DNA of 64,000 bases from Klebsormidium nitens. Lineage: Eukaryota; Plantae; Klebsormidiophyceae. The stretch lies in assembly GCA_000708835.1 (NCBI GenBank), contig DF237376.1, positions 15,116 through 79,115 of the forward strand. The letters run 5' to 3'. The notes beneath the pieces were generated by a model. It did no database searches, had not been told where the DNA came from, and saw only the letters and a list, made by a program, of their open reading frames with translations. Position numbers and translations under genes: made by a program. This document shows, one piece after another, positions 12,101 through 24,200 of the stretch (its first letter is position 1; each line of letters opens with the position of its first letter).

Positions 12101-15100
12101 CTTTTCGAGTTTTGCTCGATACTTTGATACTTCCAGTAACCGACCTTAGGGTCTTGGCTTCGCCATTTTCGGCGACCATCTGATTGAAGTGCGCGTTCTC
12201 ATCCAGTTCTGCGTTTCGATGGTGGCAGGTTTGGAGTTTGTTGTTCACGAAGATTCTCAACCTGCTCCTTATGCACTAGTATAATCCTGGCGCTCCTGAT
12301 CCGCAGGTTGGAGTCGGGCTGGGCGGCGGCCCCACGGTTTTCAGTCTCTTTACGGAGTTCTTGCCCACAAGTGAGCGACTTGCAGCTAACCGATCCCGTC
12401 TTTGTGGTTCTCGAAGCTCACCTATCGTATCTCGACTGGCGTACGTACTCGATTAAGATCTCTCTCTGGCGAGATGTGTGCGACATGTTCGTTTGACCGA
12501 ACATCTGGAGATTGCTATTGTATCGCTCTCCATACCTTCCGAAACGACATGTACGTTTGACCGAAACTCGTTTGTTGTCCAGTCCGAATGTCTAGCCTGC
12601 TTCCGGCTCTTCTTCAGCCTGGAGACCAAATTCGTTTGCTTCTGCTCCTGAGCCGGTGAAAGCTGCAAATGCGGGGGGATAGTCAACCGTCACCATCCAC
12701 CTTCGTCTCTTTACCGATCAGACGGTCATCAATTATCCGCAGTACGTCAGATTTGCCCCGATCTTTCGAGTCTAGAAACCATTTCAAGGACAGAGGAAAG
12801 GCTAGGCTCCCAGATTCATACCCTCGAAACGCGTGGAGTCTCAAAAAACGACTTTTGCCTTGGAAATCATACTCATTCAGTGGTATTCACCATTTCAGGC
12901 GACCGCGGCTTCTGGCTGGTGGGCATCAACATGTTCTGGACGCTCGGCTCGGTCGCCGAGGCCAGCCTGGCGTGGGCGGTGCTCCCGTCGCTGGGCTGGC
13001 GCTGGCTCCTGGCGCTCTCCGCAGTGCCGCTCGGGGTGCTGCTCCTGGCGTACCCGCTGCTGCCGGAGAGCCCCCGGTTCCTGCTCGGGGTGAAGGGAGA
13101 CGGCAAGGAAGCGCGCAAAGTGCTAGAAGTGCGTGAGCGAGGCCGAGCGTGTCAGTTTCTGGCACTCTTATGCTTTGGCCGGACTTGAAGTCAATGGTGT
13201 CGAACCCTTGGCGACGTGATTTGAATTGGTGACGGCATTTTTGGCGCTTGGATGGAGAGCAGCCGGGCCGGAGGCTACTGCCGTACTCTGGCGCGGGTTC
13301 TGTTGCATTCTACGCCAAAGACCTTGAGTTGTTGTCGCCCCTCGAATGGAATTCGATGTGTCTTCCAATTCCCCTAGAAGTCAAGTCTGCCGCTCCTCGA
13401 ACGGACGTTGATCTCTCGAGTCCAAAGCAGGCAAGTTAGTCGTCTCTCGAGAGGACGTTGAACTCTCCGTCTATCCCTGAGCACGCAAGTTTGTGCATGT
13501 AAAGAAATGCTCTCTCGCCCGTTATAACTCGAGTACATCTGTCCGCAGAGGGTGGCTAAAAGCAACGGCCGGTCGCTGCCCCCCGGCGAGCTGGTTCTCC
13601 GGGGGCCGGAGGAGAAGCCGCTGCGTAGAGATGACGAGGAGGCCGGACATCAGCTGACAGCGGCAGCGGACGTCCAAACGTACGTAGCGGCGTCCATAAT
13701 GGGCTTTTACTGTCCGCAACTTGAAGAGGGCTTTAGGCCGCCGGTTTGACGCGATGCAAGCGCACGGTTTGGAGGCCATTGACCAGATTGCTGTCCGGTT
13801 TTTTGATTGCCATAACGGCGTTTCATTGCACTCTGCGGCTGACGTCATAAGCTCAGGCCCGCTCCTAGCACGAAGTCGGACTCAGGGTTGGAGATGGTCC
13901 TGGAAGCCCGGCGCTTTGTGCAGATCACGGATATTAGGAATGAGAGGCTGTAGCAGTCAGAATTCCTGAGAACCTGGTCTGTTGGTCCAGTTCGTAACAC
14001 ATCAGACCTGCGTAGGAGTTTCGGTGCGACCTTCAGGCGGGTGAAGGTTTCCGGGGGTCTAGTTTTCTGGGCCGCCGCTCCCCTGGACCAACCTGCTATT
14101 TCTGTAAATGAGACCGTACGGCCAGTAGTACGCGGCTCATCACTTGGTCTGTCTTGTCCCAGAATAGAGCCGAGTCAATAATCCTCACGTCTGCTCTGTT
14201 GATCCCCGAAGCTGATTCCTCACACCTCAAGCAGACCATTGTGCTCGAGTCGCGCCGCTTGGAAACTCGGCATCGTTCCCGCAGGTCGCGTCACACAGAC
14301 GGGGGGGTCCATTCCGCAGGCAATTGGGGCCCCCTGGAGAGCTTGCGGGCAGTGGTGGCCCCTCTCTTCTCGCCCTCGCTCCGCAGCACCACGCTGGTCC
14401 TGTGGTCCGTGTTCTTCGCAAACGCCTTCACCTACTACGGCCTCGTCCTGCTGACGTCACAGGTGCGCGCGGCTGCTGGCGTCACTGGCAGACGAGGCCG
14501 CATGCCGCTGATTGGATGTTGATGTGGCATGGTGATGAGGCAAGTGGGCCATGCAGGCCAATCAATCGCCGGGCGTGCGTAGGGTGACCACTTTAGCTTC
14601 TTCCTATCTTTTCTCCTTGAATGTTGGAAGTTGACAACTCTTGGCGGCAGGTCCACCAGGGGCAATTGACTGACTGGCCGTCGAGAAGCAGTCCCCAGCG
14701 TTTCTGGACACCGGACCACGATGCTTCAAAACTAAACCCGTCTTTTTGACAAGCACTTTCAAAGCGTCGCACCCCTCGTGGCCGCACCAGTCAACAATCC
14801 GACAAAAACCTCAGTGTCCTGGAAGTTTCGACCCTTTTTTGGAGGTTGATAAACCGTCTTTCGCAGCTGGCGGCTGGGGGCGAGTGCGGGGGCGGCGCCG
14901 CGGCCGCGGCCGCGGCCGGGGCCGACGGGTCCGACAAAGTATACCGGGAAGTGTTCGTGACCAGCCTGGCGGAGTTTCCGGGCCTGCTCGTGGCTGCGTT
15001 CGCTCTAGATAAGATCGGGAGGTGGGTTAGCGACTGGGTTTGCTCACCCTGCAGGCCTTCCGGTTTGAATCCCTTCCTGCCAAGTCGTGACAGTGGTCAT

Positions 15101-16614
15101 TCTGGTTGACTTCGGAAGTTGCCTCCATTCAGGACCCGGAGAGGTCCGATGCTGTACGTTCGGTCCTTGTCGCCTGTGCTTGACTTCGACTGGAAGGCGG
15201 GTTAAGGCGGGGTTCAGCTCCGCTTTTGGCTGTTTGGTTGTCTCCATAGCCACGTTGCATCCTCGGCTTTTGGTCTTTCTTTTGCCTTTCCTGAGGCTCT
15301 TCTGCTCAGTAGAGAACCTTCGCATCACGTCAGCAAGAAACAAAATGCGTACGTGCGACGGGCAGCAAACCCCGCCAGAGGGTTAGAAGTTAGCTTGAGA
15401 TTGTCACTCCTCGCTGCAACATCCTATCTCCTCAATCCCGCTTACACGACTGTACTCCATGGCCACGTGGGAGACGCCCGACTCCTATTGACGATCAAAT
15501 CCAATCTGCTCTCGCTCAATCTCTCACGCCATCCTTGCTCCGCCCCGTGCAGGAAGCTCTCGATGCAGAGCCTGTTCACACTGACCGGCCTCTTCCTGCT
15601 GCCCCTGGTGTTCAAGCACTCCGACGCGGGCATCACCGCGGTGCTGCTCTTCGGAGCCCGGGCGTCCATCATGGGCGCATTCACATCGCTCTTCATTTAC
15701 GCCCCCGAGTTCTACCCGACCAGCGTGCGGTAAGGAAGCGCACTCGTCAGAACCCCACTTTCCAAGTAGACATGTAGGATCTGTCGTGTCCAAAACCTCA
15801 GATTCTCGTTGTAGCGAGGACTCGAAGCCTGTTCTTCGTCTTGTTTGCAACGTGCTTCCTCCAGTTTATGATTGTCTGACCAGCACCTGCTGTCCGTTTG
15901 TGCCCCGATTGCAAACCAACCAGCCTAGTTTGGCACAAGGAGACCCCTGTTAGACAAGCTTTTATCGCTCTTGCGCCAGAATCTGGGTCACGGCGCATTT
16001 TGCGGAGGCAGTGCAAAGCTCATGATCCAGCGCTCTTCGAAAGTGGGGGGCCGTAGAGAGCTGCCGTTCAGACGTGCGGGACACTTGCTTCGAGAGGGTT
16101 GCATTAGGGTCGAATAATACGACTGGCCAACCTGGACAATTGGCTTTTGACATTTCTGAGAGTCTTGGGTCTCTGGCTAGATTCATAAAAGCGTTGGCCC
16201 ATGTGAGACGACTGCCCCTTACGAAGGGGTTTGATGTCAAAACGGACTAGTGGCATTGAAGTCTTGACGGAGATTGTCATCGGACACAATCTTATTGCTT
16301 TTTGAAGAAGTGCCAGCAATAAGTGTGGCGTGTTGTGGGCTTTGGTCACCGAGGCAACTTGAATCAGGGCGCCCTCTTAAAAGCTTCCGCTCGCTGCTTG
16401 CAGGTCCACCGGGCTGGGGCTCGCTAGTTCCTTCAGCCGTCTAGGGGGAATGTTTTGCCCATTGGTCGCGGTCGATCTCGTAGCCAACTGTCACATTGAT
16501 CTCGCCGTGTCGTTATTCTCCGTGGTGCCGCTTGGAGCTGCCTTTGCGGTATCACGCTTGACCGTAGAAACGACTGGCCGCGCATTGTCAGACGAAGTGC
16601 ACGTTGATTCTTAG
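9144..16614 (+). CDS. MFS transporter, SV2/OCT7 (NiaP)-like; 9 exons: 9144-9419, 11641-11823, 12307-12370, 12899-13128, 13549-13679, 14285-14462, 14867-15021, 15553-15729, 16404-16614 (~534 aa)
   Basis: Motifs FTMEEAIDALGFGRFQ, AEAMEMMLLSFVGPAV, SDQRGRR (MFS motif A), PESPRFL, FVTSLAEFPG, YAPEFYPTSVRSTGLG and ETTGRAL. All exon phases join without stops. These resemble the plant OCT7/NiaP family; substrate is not determined. Confidence 0.9.
10600..11690 (+). repeat. Tandem array (~90-125 bp unit, about 9 copies) of branch point + polypyrimidine tract + AG + start of MFS exon 2
   Basis: Copies of cag|GAGGGCGCCATyTCCAGCGyAGTGTTCAT start at ~10638, ~10840, 10983, ~11100, 11206, 11332, 11421 and 11532, with the real exon at 11641. 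Most are preceded by CTAAC. The ORF track shows echo peptides EGAISSFMV, EGAISSAVFIGMKIAF and DGAIIFKVV. Confidence 0.85.
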
Positions 16615-17632
16615 CAGGCTCTTTACTTTTTTGCGTATCATGGATGCAATGTCAAGAAACGGAAGCCATAAATCAAAACAATTTTGCGGTTGCGGGAATA
16701 CGTATGGCTCACCGTCATGGCAGAAACGGTTCTTGAAAGAACAGTAGCCAGGCAACACGACACATGTTGGCGGTTGCTTCTGAATCAATCGAGTCCTTGA
16801 AGCCTAGATCACCCTCGTACCCTGAATCACAGTAGCACGGAGGTGCTAAAGTACGAAGTACTACAGCGTGAGATGAGCATCCTCAGTGCTCATACTATAT
16901 GCTCAGCTCATCCGCCTAGTTCACACTGTGTACCTATTCTCCATTTCCTCACAAAGACGAGCAAAACACCGGCGCTTGGTCTTCTGCACATACTGCGCAA
17001 AGCAGCAAATGCATGCTTGCAAGTAGTTGCAGGGCCAGGACGCAGCGGGTTGAGTTGGCTGCCATTCACGTAAATTGCCAGGCCTGGCTATATCTGATAT
17101 CTAGCTAGGTAGTCGCCATTCCTACATTCCGGTTGCCAGCCTGTGCCGGTGCTACAGCTGACTCCGTGCATGACGTCAGAGCTCAGGGCAATGATTGAAT
17201 ATCATATCATCATCTCAGAATATGAGTGGCGTTTGTGGGTTAACCAAGTTAGTGCAGCTAACTAAGGATCACACGGAGCAACAATGGTTCGGTTTGAGGC
17301 GTTGGATGGACGTTGTGCGGCCATCGGATCGATGCATTCCAGGTCCAGGTCCATCGGACGTTCAACGACACCTACGGTGTAGCAGCAGACCGTCCCCGAC
17401 TCGGTGGCAACAAAGGTAACCGCCGAGTTGGTTGGCGAGGAAGAACTCAGGATGATGTTTTCCGAGGTAATCGAGCTCTTTGCGACCAAGCTGCCGATTT
17501 AAGTTAGAGAGGGAATCTTAAAAGTTAGTCTGATTTTCGACTTGACTAACTTAGGTAGTCGTCTAACTTTTAGACTTTCCTCTCTATTAAAAACCGGCAG
17601 GATGCTTGGAAAGAGCTGTATTATATGAAGGC

Positions 17633-17906
17633 GTACATTTCGGTCCTCGGATCCTTGCCATCCCAGCAAGATTCCAACACGTGTAAATTACCCCTCTTAG
17701 AGTGGGGCAGTAAGTACCGCCCGTGTTCGTACGGTACGGCTGGGTACACCAAATCTACTGAATCTCGAATGACCCTCTCTACGTACCTCCTGAAACCCTG
17801 AACCAAGTACACTGTTCGTACCTGGTTTAAATTTATACTGGGCAATGGGTGGTTGAGATTGGGGAACTCACCCGTGCACGTACACTAACAGTTGTCTGGT
17901 ACGTAC
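17633..17906. promoter_or_regulatory. Cluster of 11 GTAC cores (SBP/SPL/CRR1-type element) 330-600 bp upstream of the histidine kinase ATG
   Basis: GTAC at 17633, 17714, 17729, 17734, 17744, 17783, 17807, 17818, 17880, 17899 and 17903; 8 of 11 are CGTAC on one strand. About 1 would be expected by chance in 274 bp. Function is inferred. Confidence 0.5.
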
Positions 17907-18237
17907 CGTAACTGAGAAGCCAGATTCGTGGTTGGAAGCCAATCTCGAGGCTTGAGCGCGCGTTGGATCCACTTTTACAGCCTATTCCTAGGCTCAGACT
18001 CAGAGTCAGAGCTAGGACTGGGAGCACGAGGAGATGGTTTTCAAGGGAGCGCGGCAGATACCAAAGAGCATGCTCTTTTGAGCTCATAGCCAATTGTCAC
18101 TGGGCGAAGGTCGTCAAGACAGGATATGCATAGCTTTCTGCCTGAAGGAAGCGCGTCGTTTTTCTTGGTAGGACGCAGGGGCAATGCCAGCTTGACCCTG
18201 AGCGTACGGTTTGAGCTGTAATTAGGGTCTCGCAAAA

Positions 18238-21200
18238 ATGATCGCCCCTTCTGGCGCTATCTTGGTTGAGCTGGGGACACGAGGCTCAGCCAGGCAGCAG
18301 CCAGATGGAAGCAACGGTTTGAGGAACAACTGCATGCGGACTGCTGATGAGGCAGCATTTGTGTTGGATCTTGATGTTGACGCATCACGTAGGACGTTTG
18401 ACGGCTCTCCGGAGCCTGAGAGGGGGCAAAACCGGGTCAGGAAACCAACTTTTCTATCGGCGTCCTTGGCCCTCAAGCTCACAGTGTTTGTGGGCATGCT
18501 CGTAACCGTGGCGAGCGGAGTTATGGCGCTGGTTTTCTGGTAAGTTCTGTGAGGTTGCACCTCACTTTGGATTAAGGGCGCCTGGTTCTGCTAGAACTTT
18601 TGGCAGTTGACCAGGGCTGGTTTCCTCTTGTCTAGCAGCTGATCAGGCTACTCAGAGCCTTCCTAAATGCTGGTTAATCCCTCTGGTTGATAAAACAGTC
18701 CCTGTGTGAGGCTCTGCTCTTCTTGTGGCCAAGTTATGAGTAAGTCAGTCGGTAAACAGGTACTATTTCCCACCCGTCTTGAGAAGGACGTGAACTGGTT
18801 GTTGCTCAATTTCCTGGCACTCAAGCCAGGAACTACTCTTGTCCAGGCTGAGATCTGCACAGTGATTTATTGGTGTAGTGTTTGTGCATCGTCCTGCCGC
18901 ACTCAATCCAAGTCAAGCTCCTCTCCGTGGGAAAAAGACGTTCACATTTGGGAGTTGACAATTCTCAGGTTTTTCGCAATCTTTCAAATCAAACCATAAT
19001 ATTACATTCTCAGAGTCGGGTTGTGTGGAGGTAACCCCGAAGCTGCACATCTCAGAAGCATGAGATCATCATCCGCTTGAACGAAAAAACCATGCTGCCA
19101 AATGAAATGGCTTACATCCTAGGCTTTTCCATTACGTTCTTTTTGAGAACTTCAAAAAAAATCTTTCTGTCAATTCCTTCTTGATCCCTCATATTTGGTC
19201 ACCTGTTGATCCAACCCGTCATCCCCAGTTCGGCTGCTTAGCTGGCACTGGAGATGTTTTCGCCCGGTTTTCTGTGTCAATTCGTTCTCTTGCTGCGCTT
19301 ATTTGGTAGTGTTTTCACTGCTTTTGGCCCCTTGAGGCCATGGTGGCGCGTGTAGAACGCCCGTCCAGCTTGCAAGGTGCATGCATAGGTTTGACATAGG
19401 CGACTGCTCTTATGGTAAAAAGTTTAGCAAAGTTTGTTTGGAAAAGTCTGTAGTCTTTCGTGGATGGTTGTGCTTCTTCCTCTCCTGCTTCTGAAATGCC
19501 CTCCAATGAATCGCTTCATGGATCTTCTGAGAGGGGAAGGTATTGGAAGGGTGGTCGCAAAGATTCTCAGACACGGCGTCTTCTGTCGCTAACCAGCTTA
19601 GTTCACAGCTTCAATGTCTTATGACACCTCGTCTCCAAAGCGCGATAGAATGCTGGCTAGCCGTCGGCGCTGTGAGAGTAAGGCCAGTTTCCAAATGTTA
19701 TAATGGCATTGTCGCCTCTCTCTTGGCCTTGAGCAAAACCAGAGCCCAAAATTATTCTACAATGTCCAGTGGGCCTGCGCATACGTTGGAAACTGGGACA
19801 TGGTGACATTTTCCTCTGGCGCAAAGGATGTGCTCATAACTTTTCCTTCCTAAGAGTGGGCACTCCCCCTGGAATGCTCACATTGCCAAATTAGTTCCCC
19901 CCCCCCCTTTTTGTTTTTTCTTCTTTTTTTTGGCTTTTTTCCCCCTTCTCTCTTTTTTCTGGTTGGTTTTTATTAGCGACTGCTCTGGACGATTCTTGCA
20001 TTGGACTGTCTTCCTTTCCCCGCCGCCTTTAAGGAGAGGACTGTCCAATCTTGATTTTCTCCTTTGAGGAGACCAAGTGAGATACTGCCTCTTTCTTAGA
20101 TAGACATCAGTCAACTCCTGCTCCCTTCTCTGCACTTTGTCGGCTCTCGGCCACCTTTTCGGTGGAACTCCTCTCCCAGAATTGGTGCAATCACAATGAA
20201 CAGAGAGTGCCTGATTGTCGTTTGTGTAGTGCGTGATGGCTGGGGCTTCAGAAAAAATGTGGAGCTTTGCTTTAAGGAAGGAACTTTTCTTTAAGCGAGA
20301 TTGTGGACCTTAAAGAGGGCGTCGGGGGACCGGTCCCCCCTGACGTCAGCAGCGTACGGTGCATTTCATTCGTTTGGCAACTCTGCCCGTGTGACGCCGA
20401 ATTGGAGAACCGGTGTGAGCCCGACCTGCGCGGCGTGCGGCAAAAGGAGAAAAGTTGCTCCGGCCGAGGTTCGATCGCTCGATTTCTCTGCGAAAGTTGA
20501 GCGCACTTGCCAGTTGTGTTAGAAGTTTTCGTGCGCCCAAGTTGGATTGAAGATTCAACGGGCGGGCCGGTATATGAAGTCTGACGCCCTCTTTAGGAGT
20601 GTCTGCAGCGGAACCCTCTTCATCCGTTGGACATGCTTTCACAAGCTTCGGGTCTCCATTTAGCCGTATGTGACCTTCATGTTTCTGTGTGACTGGTGTC
20701 GCACCAAATTCAAAGCGAGTGGACTCATTCTGGTAGCCATTGCATTGTGTCCTGAATCAACGTACCACTCTTCCAACCTTTATCTGCGGTTGTTATGCCT
20801 ACATGGAAACATAGATTTCTTGGTGAATTGTCTTGGAGCCTTGTTTTGCAACTGAGCGTCAGAGGCCTCGTAACTGAGCTTCAGAGGCCATGTAACCCCT
20901 CCTCAAATAAGAGTTGTTTAGAAGTCAAGCTAGCTGATGTTCCTCAAAGCTCCTAGACTGTAAACCTCATGGTACCAAGCCCTCACTTCCCCTTGGGATC
21001 TCCGCCTGACTGTCAAATGCACCGTTATCCCTCAACTCTCCCCTCCCTCAAATAAAGGTTGTCTAGAAGTCAGGCTAGCTATATCTCAAAGCTCCTTCAG
21101 TGAAACTTTACTGTACCAAAATTTCACCCCCCCCTGGTATCTACATCGAAATCGTCAAATGCAGGAAACCAAATCCACACCCTCCCATTGCAGGATCACT

Positions 21201-24200
21201 GCAAAGGACGTCCTCGACAAGGAGCTCGGTCCGCGGCTCGTGACCGTCGCCACGCTGCGCAAGCAGAGCCTCCTCTCGTACATTTCCAGCGAGCACAACA
21301 ACATGGATCTCATTGGCTCCCGCGTCCTCATCACCCAGATGCTTCGCAGAGTCAACAACGGCTCAAGACTCAATGCGTTTGACATCACGCTCGGGACACA
21401 GGACCTCTACTCCGCGATCGGTGCGCTCGATCAGTACCAAGACGGGGCCATCTTTGACCTGAACGGGACCATGATCTTCCAGACGAACAACTTTGTGAAC
21501 TCGACGAGAGCGGTCCAGTCCAGCGTGCAGAGCCTTAACTACACGGACGGCGTTGCGTTTACGTTCATGAACAAGGGGCGGCCGCCGAGCGACGCGCTGA
21601 TCCTGCTGTCGGTGCGGGTGATCAACAACTCGCAGCCGCTCGGGTATCTGCAGTGCACGATCGAGGCGGCCGCGTTTCGGAGGCTGGTTTACGAGCCGGC
21701 CGGATTAGAGAATACGGGGGAGGTGCTTGTCGTCTGCCCGGGGCCGGAGCCGAACACAATGGAGTTCCTGGTGGATCCTCAGCTGTCGCATGGGCGGTTT
21801 GAGGCGCCGTTCACGAGAGGGTTGTTTCGGGTGAGCTGGCGGTCGATTGCGGAGCTGAGGGAGATTCAGTCCGCTGGGGAGGAGAGAATGGTTGACCTTG
21901 GCTTTCACCCAGTAGTTCTTGCTCTGTAGTAGAGCTTTTTCCAAGTACAGACACCTATGCAGTTCACAAATGGAAGTCGCAGACAGTTTGTGCAGGTCAT
22001 GAGTAGCATGATTAAGGTGAGCAAGGACGGTATCCGGCGTTGTGGCAGGGTTATAGGCAGCTGTCCAATCTCAGTTCTGTCAAGCTTGCCCAGGCCTCAG
22101 CGCCAAGCTCCAAGCCCAGCGTGACGCGTTTCCGACGGCCGTCGTGATTCCGACGTCGGTCGTGTTTGTCCAGGCCATCTATATGAAAGAAAGCGGCTCG
22201 ATCACGGAGAAAGACTACCGGGGTATCAAGGTCGCCGCAGCGTACGCGCCCATGGATTTCGCGGACTGGGGTGAGCATCACGCGCTTTGAATGAGCGAGC
22301 AGAGGGGTGCTCTTGCAATGCCTTGAAAAGAGCAAGGAAGAGATGATGTGGCTTCGCTATCCTCGTGTCCCAAGATAGAACGCTTACTGCATTGGGGAGG
22401 AGGATTGGTTGAGCTTAGCTCGGGTCAGTGACGTGCAGAGGCGGCTAGGCGGCTGATTTTCGCTTTTGTTTGACCTCTACAGTGTGCTCATCCATCCCTT
22501 GAAAGCAGACGATCATAGAATTCTACGCAGTTCTCGAAATGCTGAGTCCTGCAACTCCTCAGCAGCCAGGCCCGGAGGCCGAAGCTTTGTGTTGTTGCCT
22601 CACTTTCAGCTTTTCCGGAAGCCTGGCGCCCGTTTCGAACAGTTGGTTGAATTAAAGAGACAGCCCATTGTGGTTCTGATCCGCACAAGGGGCGTTTCTC
22701 TGAAAAGATAGGGCTATAGTAGGACATATACAGGGCTCGAAACGTCAAACTGTCGAAGGCCTCTGGTGTATTGGCCCCACGCATCGAGGCGAAGCCGAAC
22801 TTTGACGAGGCGTGCTTTCCGGATCCTGAGACACCCTTCACTTCGAAGTTGCTAGTGTCCACATACTTTATTGTGAAAACTTGAAGGTTTATTCATAATT
22901 TCTTGGTCGTAGAAGCTCCAATCTTCCACTGCCAGGCGTCGAGGTGAATGACGACGAATTTTTCACCGCAAATGCCACATTCTCCCCAGCTTACGTTGCG
23001 AATGTTCAGGCTGCACTCCTGATCAATTGGCGTGGATTCAAAAAGGAACCTCCCTAATATGTTGTCTTCCTCGCTCCCCTGCCAGGCATTGAGGCGAAGC
23101 TAAACTACGACGAAGCGTTCCACCCGATCCACCGCATCCGTATCATTCTGATCAGCTGCATGGTCAGCGTGCTCGTGTTCGGCATTGGCGCGTCCTACTT
23201 CCTGGCGCGCCTTTTCACGCACCGCATCGTGGAGCTGAACAAGACGGCGGCGGCGCTCGCGGGGGGGGACATGAATGCGCGCGTGCCGGAGCGCAAGCCC
23301 TGGATGAAGGACGAGGTCTATGAGGTGGGGGTCTAACCATTTTTCTCTCTTTTGCGGTGCGAATTGTCATTGTCATGCGGAGAGTCTGGAGAAGACGAGG
23401 AAAATGCGCTCAGGAGAATGAGGGTGTTTGAAATGGGTCTGGCGAGCTGCTGAAGCTCCGGGGTGCAGACTGGTTGTGGAGAGACACGCTTGAAGTCAGA
23501 ACTTGGCATTATCGATTGAGTCGATTGCAAAGATGTTTTTTAATGTTTTATGTGGCCCCGTTGGTTCCTTCGTCGACGAGACAGTTCCAAAGGGTTGGAG
23601 CCGAAGTCGATTCCAAACGTCGAAGCGTTCGTCTGAAACTGGTCGTCGGGCACATCTAAAAACACCGAGTCTCGGTTTCACAGTTCAACATGATCGGCCG
23701 AGATGACGACCGATCTACTGCAAACTTTGACACCCTGTTTTCAGAGATTCATAAGAGCCCGGCATTATTTCCGCAGCTGACACGGACGTTCAATATGTGG
23801 CAGCGGAGCCAGCGTCCAACCGGTCGACGCTGGAGGCGCACAGTCCCTTTCACTAGAGTTGCTTCTGACGCGTTTTAATGGTTGTATCCAAGTGCCAGAC
23901 TTGACTCTCAAACTCGCGATGATTCCCAAAAATACTCGATCTTGGTCCGCAGCTGACGCGGACGTTCAACATGATGGCAGCGGAGCTAGCGACCAACCAG
24001 TCGACGCTGGAGGCGCGCAGCATCTTTTGTTACGATCCGTACCTGACCCGTCTTATTGTTTGTTTTTGGAAGCAAAACGTGGTTTCTAAACCCGCAAGAA
24101 TCATTTTTCCCTGTATTTTTTCTGCTGCTGACGCGAACGTTCAACATCATGGCGGCGGAGCTGGCGACCAACAGGTCGACGCTGGAGGCACGCGGAACCT

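Noticed and set aside
17262-17507. Short ORFs between the MFS and kinase genes
   Set aside because: Interrupted by stops and show no homology I can recognise.
19897-19960. C/T homopolymer tract in kinase intron 1 as a retroelement tail
   Set aside because: No TSD or element body found; treated as simple sequence.
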